The position numbers and the translations under genes are program-made. DNA of 50,376 bases, taken from positions 1 through 50,376 of the forward strand of contig JALAGF010006716.1 in assembly GCA_030167865.1 (NCBI GenBank), given 5' to 3'. Of the stretch, positions 23,700 through 35,499 are shown in pieces; position 1 is the first letter of the stretch, and the number at the start of each line of letters is the position of its first letter. The DNA comes from Craspedostauros australis. Taxonomy: Eukaryota. The notes beneath the pieces were generated by a model that saw only the letters and a program-made list of their open reading frames with translations, was not told where the DNA came from and did no database searches.

Positions 23700-25037
23700 G
23701 TTGGGACATCGGAGTCTTTGGGTGTTGTTGCAGTTGCAGAAGTTTCTCACAGGAAATCCCGCGGAATGCATCTTCTTGGAAAACTGAGACACGTTGATGA
23801 CATCGCTTGCCGCAAGAATCGGATGCCATTATCAGCAACAGAGATGACGATGAAGTGTCTGATGACTGTTGCGGTGTATTGACTCGCAGACGAGCTGGTG
23901 TGAAGGGTGTGGAGGCTGTCGCTTTTCGTTCTTCGTTGCCATGAGTCGCGCCCACTGGTCCTCAACCAAGATCGATGCATCAACATCGGATGAGTGATGG
24001 AGCGCCGGAGTATGTGCATGCGGAAGCAGGGGCGTCCTTGCTCATCCCTCCATCATCAGGAGCGTGGATGAATCGCTGGCCAAACGTGTTGAGACCACGA
24101 TCGTTCAACCCATTGCCTCCATTCACGGAGAGGAGACGTAAAGCATCGCGCATCGTCCAGGTGCGGTGCTCAACGAGCCACACCACGGACTGGACTTCCC
24201 ATGGGATACCTCATGGCTTCCAATGAATGCGGTTGTGATTGTCCTTGTGACCCGGGTTGATGAGCAAAGATCCGTCACCCTGGAGAGGAAACTGATGAAG
24301 TGTTTCTTCGACACGCGGATTCAGCGCAGCGAGGCACATCTTGGCGTGCTCAAATACGGCGAAGTCATACTTTTCAAAGTGGACCAATGAAACCACTGTA
24401 CGAACAACTCGAATCAACTCGGTTCTTCCAATGAGATCTGTCACATTCGATGTGCTTCTTTTGTACAACACATAATGGTCGTACTAGTCGACTATTTCCT
24501 TTCCTTGTTGTGTCCTCTCGATCCACAAAAATGGTTCCGCTGAGAATTCTCGCGGAGGTCGTCGTTCTTCCCTTTCGCATCTTCGCTTGACATTCAGCCC
24601 AACAAAACCTGAACACAACAACAAGGACATGCGCCATCTTTCCACAACACTATCTGACACTGTGATGGTCCTCCTTCATGAGCGCATGACATTGGTATCG
24701 AAACCAGGGAACGGTCGAGAGACGAAGACAAGGAGAGAAAGCAAGCGCAGAAAAGTCTGAAGAAAGAGAGAGAGAGAGAGAAAGCGAGACAACCATGGAA
24801 TCGAGACAACAGCACAAGCTCAAAATCCAAGGTGCATGCGTGCGAGTGCTGGCGAAATTGGACCATAAAATCAACACGTCTTCCATCTCATACAGAGAGG
24901 CACAATATCATACAGTACCATAGACTATCAAACCACTCAGCCAATATCTGCGCAACATCCGCTCAACACCTGCCCGACCACCATTCAACATTCATCCAAC
25001 TCGCAAAAATCCAACAACCACCCATCATCATCTCAAC

Positions 25038-26774
25038 ATGCCGGTTGTTTCGAAGAAACAGCTCCTTGATGCTGCCAAGGAGGGTGATCTTTCGGTTTTG
25101 AAAGCATGGAAGAAGCAAAAACAAAGAGGTGATGTCAACGAGGTCAAGGATTGGTTAGGCTCAACTCTCCTTCATTGGGCATGCATGCACGGCAAGCTGG
25201 AGTGTGTCCAGTACCTCATCACATCATGCAAAGCTGATGTTAGCTGCATCAACGACGGATATTACACTCCCCTTCATTGGGCAGGTATTGGTGGTCATTT
25301 GGAGTGTGCCAAGTATCTCATCAACTCATGTGGGGCGAACATCAACTGCCAAAACGACTATGGTTCCACTCCCCTTCATCTGGCATGCCACAACGGCAAG
25401 CTGGAGTGTGTGAAGTACCTCATCGAACCATGCGGGGCGAACATCAATGGCAAAGACAACGATGGTTCCACTCCCCTTCATGTGGCATGCTACAGTGGCG
25501 AGCTGGAGTGTGCGAAGTACCTCATCGAATCATGTGAGGCCAATATCAACTGCAAAAACAACCGTGGTGCCACTCCCCTTCATTGGGCATGCATGCACGG
25601 CAATCTGGAGTGTATGAAGTACCTCATCGAATCATGTGGAGCGCATATCAACTGCGAAGACAAACATGGTGTCACTCCCCTTCACGTGGCATGCCTAAAT
25701 AGCAAGCTGGAGTATGTGAAGTACCTCATCAAATCAGCCAATGCTGACATCGACATCCAAAACAACGACAACCAAACACCCCTCCATTTGATCGATGCAG
25801 ACCATTACACTGAAATCAAGAGATTCATCATGAAGCATCGCAGTCACCGCAACCCACAACTATAACAACGCTTACAACAAAACGAGCAAGTGAATGAACA
25901 ACCAAAAGAACAGTCGGAGCAACAGTTGAAGCAAAAGAAGCAAGAGAATGACACAAACACAGTGGCCACAAGAGGATCAACATCAACATTGGAGAAGATC
26001 GGCCCAGATCCTTCCAAACCGAGAACAGGACAGACACCATCTTCCTGTGCGGAGGAGGCGACGAACAACAGCCGATCAAGGCAAGCAGCGGAGTCCTCAT
26101 GGTCACCGTCCCATCCATTCAAACGTTGATCGACTCCGGAATCCAACACCAGCACGTGAAGGATGGCACTGAAGACGGCGCGGCCCCATGCAAGTAACTG
26201 TCTCTCTTCCAAACTTTTAACCCAAACATGCCCGACATGTCCTCCAATGCATCTACACAGGCGAGATGAGATATCCTTTGATGACAGCGCTCGTGACAAC
26301 GGTGCTGCTCACGTCGGAGCTTACGCCGGCGCCCACCACGATGTAGATGCCTCTCACCAGCCAACTCCCACCCTCACTGGACAGGACGATCTGCGACAGC
26401 TGATCCTTGTGGCCAACGAGTTCGGCTTCTGGCGACTCAAGCTTGTTCTTGAAGCAGAGTTGGCCCACAAGCATCTCACAGAAGACACCATGATAGATGC
26501 ATTGATATTCGCCGATCAGCATATCTGCGCACTGCTGAAAGACGCAGCAATGAGAATGGCAGCTGAAAATGAGAAAAACATGTTCATTCATCCAGATTTC
26601 AGCAAACTAATTCTACAACCCCAACTGATGGGAGACATTCATGTCCTCCGCAGTGGGGGAGCGGAGAGTGATGGTATCGATGATGAGTACAGCCGTATGT
26701 CCATGATGGAGCTGTACAAGGTTGTCGATGAGGATGAGGGTACAGCACAAATGGATTCATACAAGTATCGATGA
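25038..26774 (+). pseudogene. ANK-CC-BTB copy 1: open 275-aa ORF with 6 ankyrin repeats (25038-25865), then disrupted coiled-coil/BTB part truncated by a deletion
   Basis: TAA at 25863. 1-bp deletion in GAGAATGA-CACAAAC (about 25951). Another CAA-to-TAA at 26218. BTB remnant DDLRQLILVANEFGFWRLKL. It joins spacer sequence at about 26765. It could be expressed as an ANK-only protein. Confidence 0.85.
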
Positions 26775-28010
26775 ACTCATCGCGATGACTGCCATCATCG
26801 CGGCGACAACGAACATCCGGCAGTTCGGATGATGCGAACGCAGCCTCACGTTCAGGCGAAACCAACTCAAATGCGCACTCCACCGGTACTGGTTTGCACC
26901 AACGCAAGGGCTCACCTCCCCGAACGCATGTCCGAGGAAGTTCGCGAAGACCAAATCAACGTGACTGTAGCCAATCGACACCATGTGGCGAAGATCGGCG
27001 AAGGAAGTCCTCCGATGAACGATCACCATCGGCACGACAACGAAACAGATCAGGAGGATATCGAATTGACAGCATCGAACGGCACAGCAATGAGCGAGGT
27101 GAAAATGGACGGCATTGCAAACAACAACATGGCAACAAACGTTCGTCATCACGCGGGGCCCTTCAATCAAATCGTTGTGGACGAAGCAGATCGTCGACTC
27201 GCGATGCTGTCTACCATGAGAAGCTGTCCGGCACAAAACCACTGCAACTCATACCAAAGAAAGCAGTCAGGAACAAGAGAGCGTCTCAGTGCCGCCATCC
27301 CTTGCCGAATGGTACCAAAACTCCCACCCCGTGATGCATCACGACACGATGGGATGGAATGAGATGGATGGGCCGCTCCGTATTTGTATCATACTCCTGA
27401 AGGTATGGTAGATCCACATCCCTGTAATGTAATACACCTACGAATAAACTGTAATGCTCTGTTATATATAGGATTGGAACAGTACCGCATGCACTATATC
27501 TGCTTGTGCAATAGAACGCTGTGATGAAGTCACCAGATGTTTCAAGATATTGAAGGGTTGGATACTGCTCCCATACTGCCTCCACCTTGTCTACGACTAC
27601 TCTGGTCCACTCTCTGCGGTACAAACGCACACAGGAATGTTGCCGATGTCATTCACGAGCAGATTGGACGTCCGTGGTTCCATCCACGCTCCGCCACGTT
27701 GTTGGTTCGTTGCTCAGACAAAGGACGCATGGCAGCAACATTTTCACAAGCCGTGCGGTCGTCACCGTGCGGTCGTCACCATGCCACCGGATCTACACAC
27801 AGAACACTCCAACTCACACTGCCAAACAGATTGAAAGTGACAGTGCCGATGCCAGTCGATCCAAGTTTGTGGAAGAGACGATCTACGAAGCCTACCTGGC
27901 GAACAAGGCAGAGGGAAATGGTGAGAAGCCGCGAGGAGCATGGTTGCAGCGCAGTTCCATCGACCGTCTCGTATCGCGCTATTGTCCTCATCTCACCAGG
28001 AGTTGCACTC

Positions 28011-29033
28011 TCACCATTCTGCCAGAACTGCAGTCGAGACCCTCACCAAGTCCCAGGAGGAGCGATCACTCGTTGTTGGAGCAACAAATGCCGGGGTCAC
28101 CATCCATTCCATTCTTCGAAGCGACCAGTGCCAGTGTGGCAGAAAGACAAGAACCGACGAGCTAGCACAGTCCAAACATCCAGAGAGCTTGACGAGCAAC
28201 AGAAGAAGCCAACGAACCAACCAACCAACGAGCAACCCCATGCAGAGCGCGAGTACTGTATTGCGGATCATGGTTGACACAGAGTTCCATACAGCACAAG
28301 AAGCACACGGCCAGCGATCCATGGCCCATTCGCACCGTACACCCACATGTCCTCCTTTGTGGTGCTCCCAACTTCGTTCGTGAGGCGGAGGTTCTTGTCG
28401 ATCGCCTCGGTTGAGCATCGATGCTCTGGGAGTCACGAGCCAAGACGGCGGCACTCATGCCTATTGATAGAATGCGCATGGTATTGTATGTTGGTGGTCC
28501 GTGTGGCAGGAACAGTGGAGGCGGCACGGTATCACTCCGCCTGTTGGTTGCTGGACGTGTCAACTCATCCCAATACGCAATGTGATGTTGGTTTGATGTT
28601 GGTTTGATGTTGAGGGCTCTTGTTGCCTGCGCGGATGGTGATGCTTGCAATGCGGTGGGATGGCAACCAGTCAAGTCCAAATGAGATGGGTCGCAACGAA
28701 CAAAGGCAGTCACATTGGTGGCTTTCTCAGTGGCTTCATGGTTGTTCGAGGCATCGGCTCACACCTCAAGTTGGTGCTTGCGATGGCAGGCGGACGAGCG
28801 TCAGCGGTCTTGCAGATGCCACGATGACGCAAGCAAGCGTGGGCCATGGTGCACATGGTGGTGGCGGCGGTGGCGGCGACGATGACAGCTNTCTNTGTTT
28901 CCGAAGACTTTNACGTTGTTTGCTTCGGATTGGTGTTGCNTTGATTGTGGCCAAACGAGAACTCTGTTGTGGTGCTTCTTTCTTGTTGTTGGTCGCACGC
29001 ATTTTCGTGATGGATGGGAACAGAAAGATCCAA
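28011..29033 (-). pseudogene. Possible passenger gene E relic, divergent from the ANK-BTB gene (also about 34770-35156 and 41950-42918)
   Basis: The same ATG and N-terminus MDLSVPIHHENACDQQQERSTTTEFSFGHNQ occur in three spacer copies. Interrupted downstream, with no recognisable domain. Confidence 0.3.
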
Positions 29034-29134
29034 TCCGCGCGAACCAGACGGGTGCGATCAAGGGAAGGAGACAAACACAGGCAAACAGAAGGAGGAGACC
29101 ATGCGAACAAGACAACAGCACACACATCACTCGA

Positions 29135-29194
29135 CCCCATACTCAACCCCATACTCAACCCCATACTCAACCCCATACTCAACCCCATACTCAA
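29135..29194 (+). repeat. 12-bp tandem repeat (CCCCATACTCAA)x5 upstream of copy 2
   Basis: Five perfect units. The homologous sites before copies 3 (about 35258) and 4 (about 43020) have a single unit. Confidence 0.9.
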
Positions 29195-29397
29195 CCGCGT
29201 GAACAACAGACATCGAATTGCCACTCATATTCATCACACAGCGTATGGTACTCATACTCATACTCATACAAACTGTTGCATACACAAACATCGATATCTC
29301 TTCCATAGGCAGCTCCGACCACAGACATCCTCGACAGCCAATCCAACGCTAATCGTCCAACGTCTATCGTCCAGCGACCATCCACCATACTCTCAAA

Positions 29398-31209
29398 ATG
29401 CCGAGTGTTACCAACCAACAACTCATTGATGCTGCCTCTGCAGGTGACTTGTCAGTGTTGAAGGAATGGAAGAAGCAGAACAAGACGCAGAATGAAGGAA
29501 ATGGTGTCAACTTCAAAGACCATGATGGTTGCACTCCCCTTCATTGGGCATGCTGCTACGGCCAGCTGGAGTGTGTCAAGTACCTCATCGAATCATGTGA
29601 GGCGGACATCAACTGCAAAAACAACAATGGTCGCACTCCCCTTCATTGGGCATGCTACAACGGCCACCTGGAGTGTGTCAAGTACCTCATCGAATCATGT
29701 GAGGCGAACATCAACTGCAAAACCAACTCTGGTTGGACTCCCCTTCATCACGCATGCCGCTACGGCCACCTGGAGTGTGTTGCGTACCTCGTTGCATCAG
29801 CCAATGCCGATGTCGACATCCAAGACAACCACAACAAAACACCCCTCGATGTGATCCGTACGACACTTCCAATCAAGATGATAACACGTCTCGATCATCT
29901 GAGTCACCGCAACTCACAACTGCAGGAGGAGAACGAACACCTGGAACAGCAGCTGAAACGGGAGAAGGAAGCAAAGAGGCAGAAGGAGCAGGAGAATGAA
30001 CAACTGAAACAGCAGTTGGAACGGGAGAAGGAAGCAAAGAGGCAAAAGGAGCAAGAGAATGAACAACTGAAACAGCAGTTGGAACGGAAGGAGGAAGAGA
30101 AGACCCAGAAGGAGCAAGAGAATGAACAACTGAAACAGCAGTTGGGACGAGAGGAGGAAGAGAAGAAGCAGAAGGAGGAAGAGAATGAGCAACTGAAACA
30201 ACAGTTGGAACAGAAGGAGGAAGAGAAGACCCAGAAGGAGCAGGAGAACGAACAATTGAAACAGCAGTTGGAACAGGAGAAGGAAGAAATGCATCGCTTG
30301 CTCTCGAAAAGTCAACAGGAGAACGAACAACTGAAACGGAAGTTGAAACAACATCTCAAGATCAGCATCGACCAAGATCGTTGTGCCGCTGTTCATGCTG
30401 AGGCCATCGCAGACATTACCTTCCTGTGCGGACAAGGGGACGAACAACAACCAATCAAGGCAAACTCCGGAGTCCTCATGATCACTGTCCCACCCATTCA
30501 GACACTGATCAACTCTGGAATCCAACATCAATGCGCTCACGATGGTGCCCATGATGGCGCTCAAGATACAACTGAACCCATCCAAACAACCATCCCTCTT
30601 CCCAACTTTCAACCAAAACACGTCCGATACGTCCTCCAATGTATCTACAGAGGTGAGATATCCTTCAACAACAACGCTCATGACTACGCTGGCAATGATG
30701 ACGCAAACCAGCCAACTCCCGCCCTCACTGGACAGGATGATCTGCAACAGCTGATCCTTGTGGCCAACGAGTTCGGCTACTGGCGACTCAAGCTTGTTCT
30801 TGAATCAGAGTTGGCCCGCAAGCATCTCACAGAAGACACCATGATAGATGTGTTGATATTCGCTGATCAGCACAACTGTGTGGTGTTGAAGGATGCAGCA
30901 ATGAGGATGGCAGCTGAAAATGAGAACAAATTGTTCAGTCATCCAGGTTCCAAGCAGCTATTTCATCACCCTCACCTAATGGGAGTCATTCATGACCTCT
31001 GCCATGGTAGAATGGAGAGTGACGGACTTGATGATGAGTACAGTGGCATGTCCGTGATGGAGCTGTACAAGGTCATAGATGAGGACAAGGGTACAGAACA
31101 AGTGGATTCATACATGGATTGTGCGACATTGGTGGACTTCGTCCGCTCTCTGAGTACCAAATCATCCATAGTGATTGAGACGGACAGTGCTGCTGCAGAA
31201 GAAGAGTGA
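29398..31209 (+). CDS. ANK-CC-BTB copy 2 (intact, 603 aa): N-cap + 3 ankyrin repeats + C-cap, 21-aa-repeat coiled coil, BTB/POZ-BACK (SPOP-like), short SAP-like tail
   Basis: GxTPLHWACxxGHLECVKYLIES repeats. (KQQLE...EQENEQL)n. ADITFLCG ... IKANSGVL ... LPNFQPKHVRYVLQCIYRGEI ... LILVANEFGYWRLKLVLE ... DVLIFADQHNCVVLKDAAM (BTB-BACK pattern). YSGMSVMELY ... ATLVDFV (SAP-like, by eye). Confidence 0.9.
   Translation: MPSVTNQQLIDAASAGDLSVLKEWKKQNKTQNEGNGVNFKDHDGCTPLHWACCYGQLECVKYLIESCEADINCKNNNGRTPLHWACYNGHLECVKYLIESCEANINCKTNSGWTPLHHACRYGHLECVAYLVASANADVDIQDNHNKTPLDVIRTTLPIKMITRLDHLSHRNSQLQEENEHLEQQLKREKEAKRQKEQENEQLKQQLEREKEAKRQKEQENEQLKQQLERKEEEKTQKEQENEQLKQQLGREEEEKKQKEEENEQLKQQLEQKEEEKTQKEQENEQLKQQLEQEKEEMHRLLSKSQQENEQLKRKLKQHLKISIDQDRCAAVHAEAIADITFLCGQGDEQQPIKANSGVLMITVPPIQTLINSGIQHQCAHDGAHDGAQDTTEPIQTTIPLPNFQPKHVRYVLQCIYRGEISFNNNAHDYAGNDDANQPTPALTGQDDLQQLILVANEFGYWRLKLVLESELARKHLTEDTMIDVLIFADQHNCVVLKDAAMRMAAENENKLFSHPGSKQLFHHPHLMGVIHDLCHGRMESDGLDDEYSGMSVMELYKVIDEDKGTEQVDSYMDCATLVDFVRSLSTKSSIVIETDSAAAEEE
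29929..30345 (+). repeat. 63-bp coding minisatellite (21 aa, 3 heptads) forming the coiled coil of copy 2
   Basis: GAGAA(T/C)GA(A/G)CA... recurs at 29929, 29992, 30055, 30118, 30181 and 30244, then with a 12-bp insertion at 30319. Confidence 0.9.
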
Positions 31210-31365
31210 AGTGTCAGACCATTTCATACCATGCCATACCGTACCAGAAATCTTCCACAAGTGAACGCATGACGGAATTGAGTTGATTGATAAAAATAGT
31301 CGTCAGAATAGTCATTAGGATAGAATCTGTGTGAAAGGAGCTGGAGCAATTAGTGATCCAATCAT

Positions 31366-32436
31366 TCAATGGTGAGTCCGCCATGACTTGACCGTCGCCT
31401 TTGGTGATGTGCACAGCATGCTCCTCCATGCACTCCCGTATCGTTTGGAGCGCGGTCTGGCTGGGCCGCGAGATACGCATGATCTTCTGTGCATGAATTG
31501 CAGATGATCCCGGTTGGCGTATGGCACGTTGGTGTGCAACATCAGTGGCCAATGCGACATGAAGACGATGGTTCAGCCACCGCTGTCATTGCTGTGGTCG
31601 TCATTGCCGATCATATGGTTTCCGCGTTCGTTGGTGTCGATGATGTGAGCGGAGTTTTTGTGGGAAACGATGGTGGACCCTGCGGGTGTCATGCATGGCT
31701 TGTTGGACTGGAATCCAACTTGACGAGGTGGAGCGTATTGCGACAGTACCTTGTTGTTGTTGGTGGTGGTGGTGCTGCAGTTCGAGCATGATGTCGCGCA
31801 GGGCACAAGCGCATGCCAACAGCTGCTGCATGGTTTTCGATAGGTATGGCCGACAAAGATGACGAGCAATGGGAGAAGTTGCCAACGTCATTGCACACGA
31901 TTTCAATAATGGTGGATCCAAGGAGACAGTGCCTCTGTCTCATCGTTTGCGGTTTGTGGTGGCGACGTATCGTTTCGAGCATCGGTATGAACAGGCGTGG
32001 CTGGTTGTGGTGCGTGTTGTGGGGACTGAGGAACATCTCCAAACTGATGGCTCTGTTGGTCTCGGGAAAAGTCGCTGCGTCCGATCTCACGGATGTACCT
32101 GTCCAACATGTGCTGAATCTCCGTTTCCGACAGCTCATCGGACGTTTCTGCGCGTGCACGCTGCTGCTGATGACTTGAATCCAGACCGCACCATGGGCCA
32201 TGACATGTCTTGCCATCGTAGTTGGCTCTGTTGTTGGTGCTGTGATTTCACATGTCCCAAGCTCTCCTCTACTCCGGAGCAGTTGGTGTGATATCTTCCT
32301 TTCTGATGTCGCTGAGCGATGCGACACGTTTGATATCGCTGTTCATCACCGCTTGCCATTCATCATCGGCATGATCATTGGCATCATCATTGTCTCTTGC
32401 AATGGTCGCCTTCGTTGATTCTGGTTAGCGTGCCAT
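31366..32436 (-). pseudogene. Passenger gene B relic (unknown protein), tail-to-tail with copy 2
   Basis: One reading frame from ATG 32436: MAR*PESTKATIARDNDDANDHADDEWQAVMNSDIKRV ... ELSETEIQHMLDRYIREIGRSDF ... PWIHHY*NRVQ*RWQLLPLLVIFVG..., with scattered TAA/TAG/TGA stops. Confidence 0.5.
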
Positions 32437-32742
32437 ATTTTGCGCAGCCGCCGCTTGCTTCATTGCTTCATTGCTTCATTGCTTTGCTGCTTGACAGACA
32501 ATGTCTCATTGTTGGCTGATACCTCTATTAATGCAAACATAGTCATGCCATTTCATCTCTCTCTTTTGTGTTGATGTTGTTTTGATGTTGTTTGATGGAT
32601 CATGGGTGCAAAATCGAAGATTCGTTGGTTTGGGTGACATCAAGAATTTTTGGCGCGTTTGGCGAGTACTCGTCTGTCTGCCATCCGTCGTTCATTCAAC
32701 CAATGACACACGCGCACACTCGCGACGAACATCACCAATGCG

Positions 32743-34768
32743 TTGTCTTCGTGCAACGCAACTCTGTTCGACGATGACGATGGCAATGGCAACCACTCCA
32801 ATGACGCCGCATCCCTCCACATTGGTACCACCAACAACACAAGCACAAACAATCAGACAATCAGACAAGATGACAAAGCATCGACATCCAAGAGGAACTG
32901 TGGGAAGCCTCGCCAGTTGCTCCGCACCTTGACCCACCCGTCCTACGACTATGAGTATGGAACCTTTCATGAGTACGATCTACTCTCTGGGAGTTGCCAC
33001 AGCCAAGCGTCCAGCCTGATACTCTGTTCAAACCTTTGTGCGGTCATGAGGTCGTGACGATCAAAGTTGCTGGAAGAGGACGGTGTCAGACTGATAGCGG
33101 AGAAACAAACGGAGACCAAGCAACCACAACAGACTGACACGAAATTGAAGGCGAGCAAGCCCACAAGCGTCGCCAAAGAGGCCAAAGCAGCTGCAAAATC
33201 AGGTCGTCGTGCGAGTGTCAGCACAGATACACCAAGCAGCGCCAATAGAAGTACAGCAAAAGATGCAAAAGCTTCAGCTGTGAAACCATCATGTGCGAAG
33301 AGTCTGGACATGCTCGACATGCAAGATCACGAGATGTCATTCAGCTCCCTTGATCAAAGCAAGTTCATCAACAACGAATCCATACCGTCGCCAAACACCC
33401 CAGGTGGACTCAGCTTCGCCACAGCCCCGGCACTTGGCGCAACCAGCGAACGGAGCAGCCAAGACAAGACGAAGCTTGCCCAGAGTCGGAGACGCAGGCC
33501 AAGGCCAAGAACGAATTCCAACGGAACGACCAGCAGCGCCAAATCGAGGAGCAAGAGTTTGGAATGCTCGAAGGACGGACACAACATGCCAGGCACACCA
33601 GACACATCAGATACAACAGGCGCGATGAGCGCAGCCAGCACCCCGGCTCTACCTCGAGTTGCGACAACGGAGACGTCACGCAGCAAGAGCCTGGAGTCAC
33701 TGATCAATCTGCCAAGTCTCTACGACGACGACGACAGCATTGGCGTTGCTACAAGTGCTGCTGCAACGAACGGTGGGAGAAGCCCTGTGGCCCCTGTCAC
33801 GCCTGGAGGTCGGAGTGCGGCATCTACACCAGCCCCGTTCAGCCACATACATGAATAGAGACAACAGTCTTTGTCGTTGAACAAGCGCAGGTCGACGTTG
33901 GCAAGCATCCTCAAGACCAAACGATCATCATTACGTGAAGTGTCGTCAACCAATCCTGCCAAATCGAAGCAACGACCATCTCTCGAATGTCGACCATCGC
34001 NNNNNNNNNNNNNNNNNNNNNNNNNNNNNNNNNNNNNNNNNNNNNNNNNNGATCTTGCCTTGACTGAAGCATCCGCAAAGGCGTCATCATCGCCATCATC
34101 ATCGCCGTCGCCACCGTCATCATCATCATCATCACGGTCCAAATCCAATCTCAATCTTCAACAGTTCCAACACAAGCATGGAGGTGTCTCGGCCAAAACC
34201 CCAAGCCTCATCCAGTCCTGGAGCCTTGAGTTTGGGAATCGAATTGCAATCGAGCAAGAAGGACCGGGTGGCTCCTTCTCGCAACAGATCTGCATGTAGT
34301 TCGTTGCGCCCAAGTGAAGACTCAAAGCAACGACGTTCACGCGGACGAAGCACGGGTGCTCTGGGCGATGAGAAGCGATCAAGGAAAGGAAAGGATCTCC
34401 AAGGTGCTTGGCAATGGGCCCCGACATCACCACTCCAGCAAAACATGAGGTGTGTCATCACCATTGATATTACCATCGATATCACCGTCGCCACGGCATC
34501 GGCAGAGAAGCGCACAGCACACCAGTGGCAAGCTGCACTCGACATCGTCAAAATTACAGAGTGTGGAGCGTTCGACATCATTGTGCCATCGTCGTGACGG
34601 AGCAATTCACACTTGCTCCTCTGGAAGAAGCCGCTGCTCGTCATCGGCGCAGAGTCGTCGAAGCCTGTCCGATCGCGATCACAGAAGACTGCGCAACTAT
34701 CGATGGACTCATCGCCATCATCACGGCGACAACGAACATCTGGCAGTTCGGACGATGTGAACGCAGCC
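32743..34768 (+). pseudogene. Passenger gene C relic: long S/R/K-rich disordered protein, 3' part deleted
   Basis: Consecutive same-frame ORFs 32743-33057, 33067-33858 and 33871 onward, separated by single TGA/TAG codons (MRS*RSKLLEEDG; SHIHE*RQQSLSL). Confidence 0.55.
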
Positions 34769-35499
34769 AGTCACATTGGTGGCTTCATCGGTGGCTTCAT
34801 GGTTGTTCGAGGCATCGGCTCACACCTCAAGTTGGTGCTTGCGATGGCAGGCGGACGAGGGTCAGCGGTCTTGCAGATGCCACGATGACGCAAGCAAGCG
34901 TGGGCCATGGTGCACATGGTGGTGGCGGCGATGGTGGCGACGATGACAGCTGTCTGTGTTTCCGAAGACTTTCATGTTGTTTGCTTCGGATTGGTGTTGC
35001 GTTGATTGTGGCCAAACGAGAACTCTGTTGTGGTGCTTCTTTCTTGTTGTTGGTCGCACGCATTTTCGTGATGGATNNNNNNNNNNNNNNNNNNNNNNNN
35101 NNNNNTTGTTGTTGGTCGCACGCATTTTCGTGATGGATGGGAACAGAAAGATCCAATCCGCGCGAACCAGACGCGTTTGATCAAGAGAAGGAGACAAACA
35201 CAGGCAAACAGAAGGAGGAGACCATGCGAACAAGACAACAACACACACATCACTCAACCCCATACTCAACCGCGTGAACAACAGACATCGAGTTGCCACT
35301 CATATTCATCACACAGCGTATGGTACTCATACTCATACTCATACTAATACAAGCTGTTGCATACACAAACATCGATATCTCTTCCATAGGCAGCTCCGAC
35401 CACAGACATCCTCGACAGCCAATCCAACGTAAATCGTCCAACATCAATCGTCCAACGCCAATCATCCAGCAACCATTGACCATCCACCACACTCTCAAA

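Noticed and set aside
25150..25790. Regularly spaced conserved DNA repeats with variable inserts, superficially CRISPR-like or DGR-like
   Set aside because: They are in-frame 102-bp ankyrin units in a eukaryotic gene. There are no cas genes, no reverse transcriptase and no separate template repeat in the window.
27587..28165. 192-aa ORF with a same-length counterpart at 41460-42038
   Set aside because: Non-ATG starts and compensating frameshifts between the copies. Only a short middle stretch is protein-like, so it is at most a relic.
35044..35138. 33-bp direct repeat flanking an N run (target-site-duplication-like)
   Set aside because: The homologous spacers have one copy, so this is an unmerged contig overlap. 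Similarly, the 50-N gap at 34001 corresponds to only 8 bp in the other copy.
35293..35499. Signal-peptide-like N-terminal extension (MVLILILILIQAVA) in frame with copy 3
   Set aside because: The hydrophobic run comes from the CATACT microsatellite and is out of frame with the gene in copies 2 and 4. The conserved start is ATG 35500.
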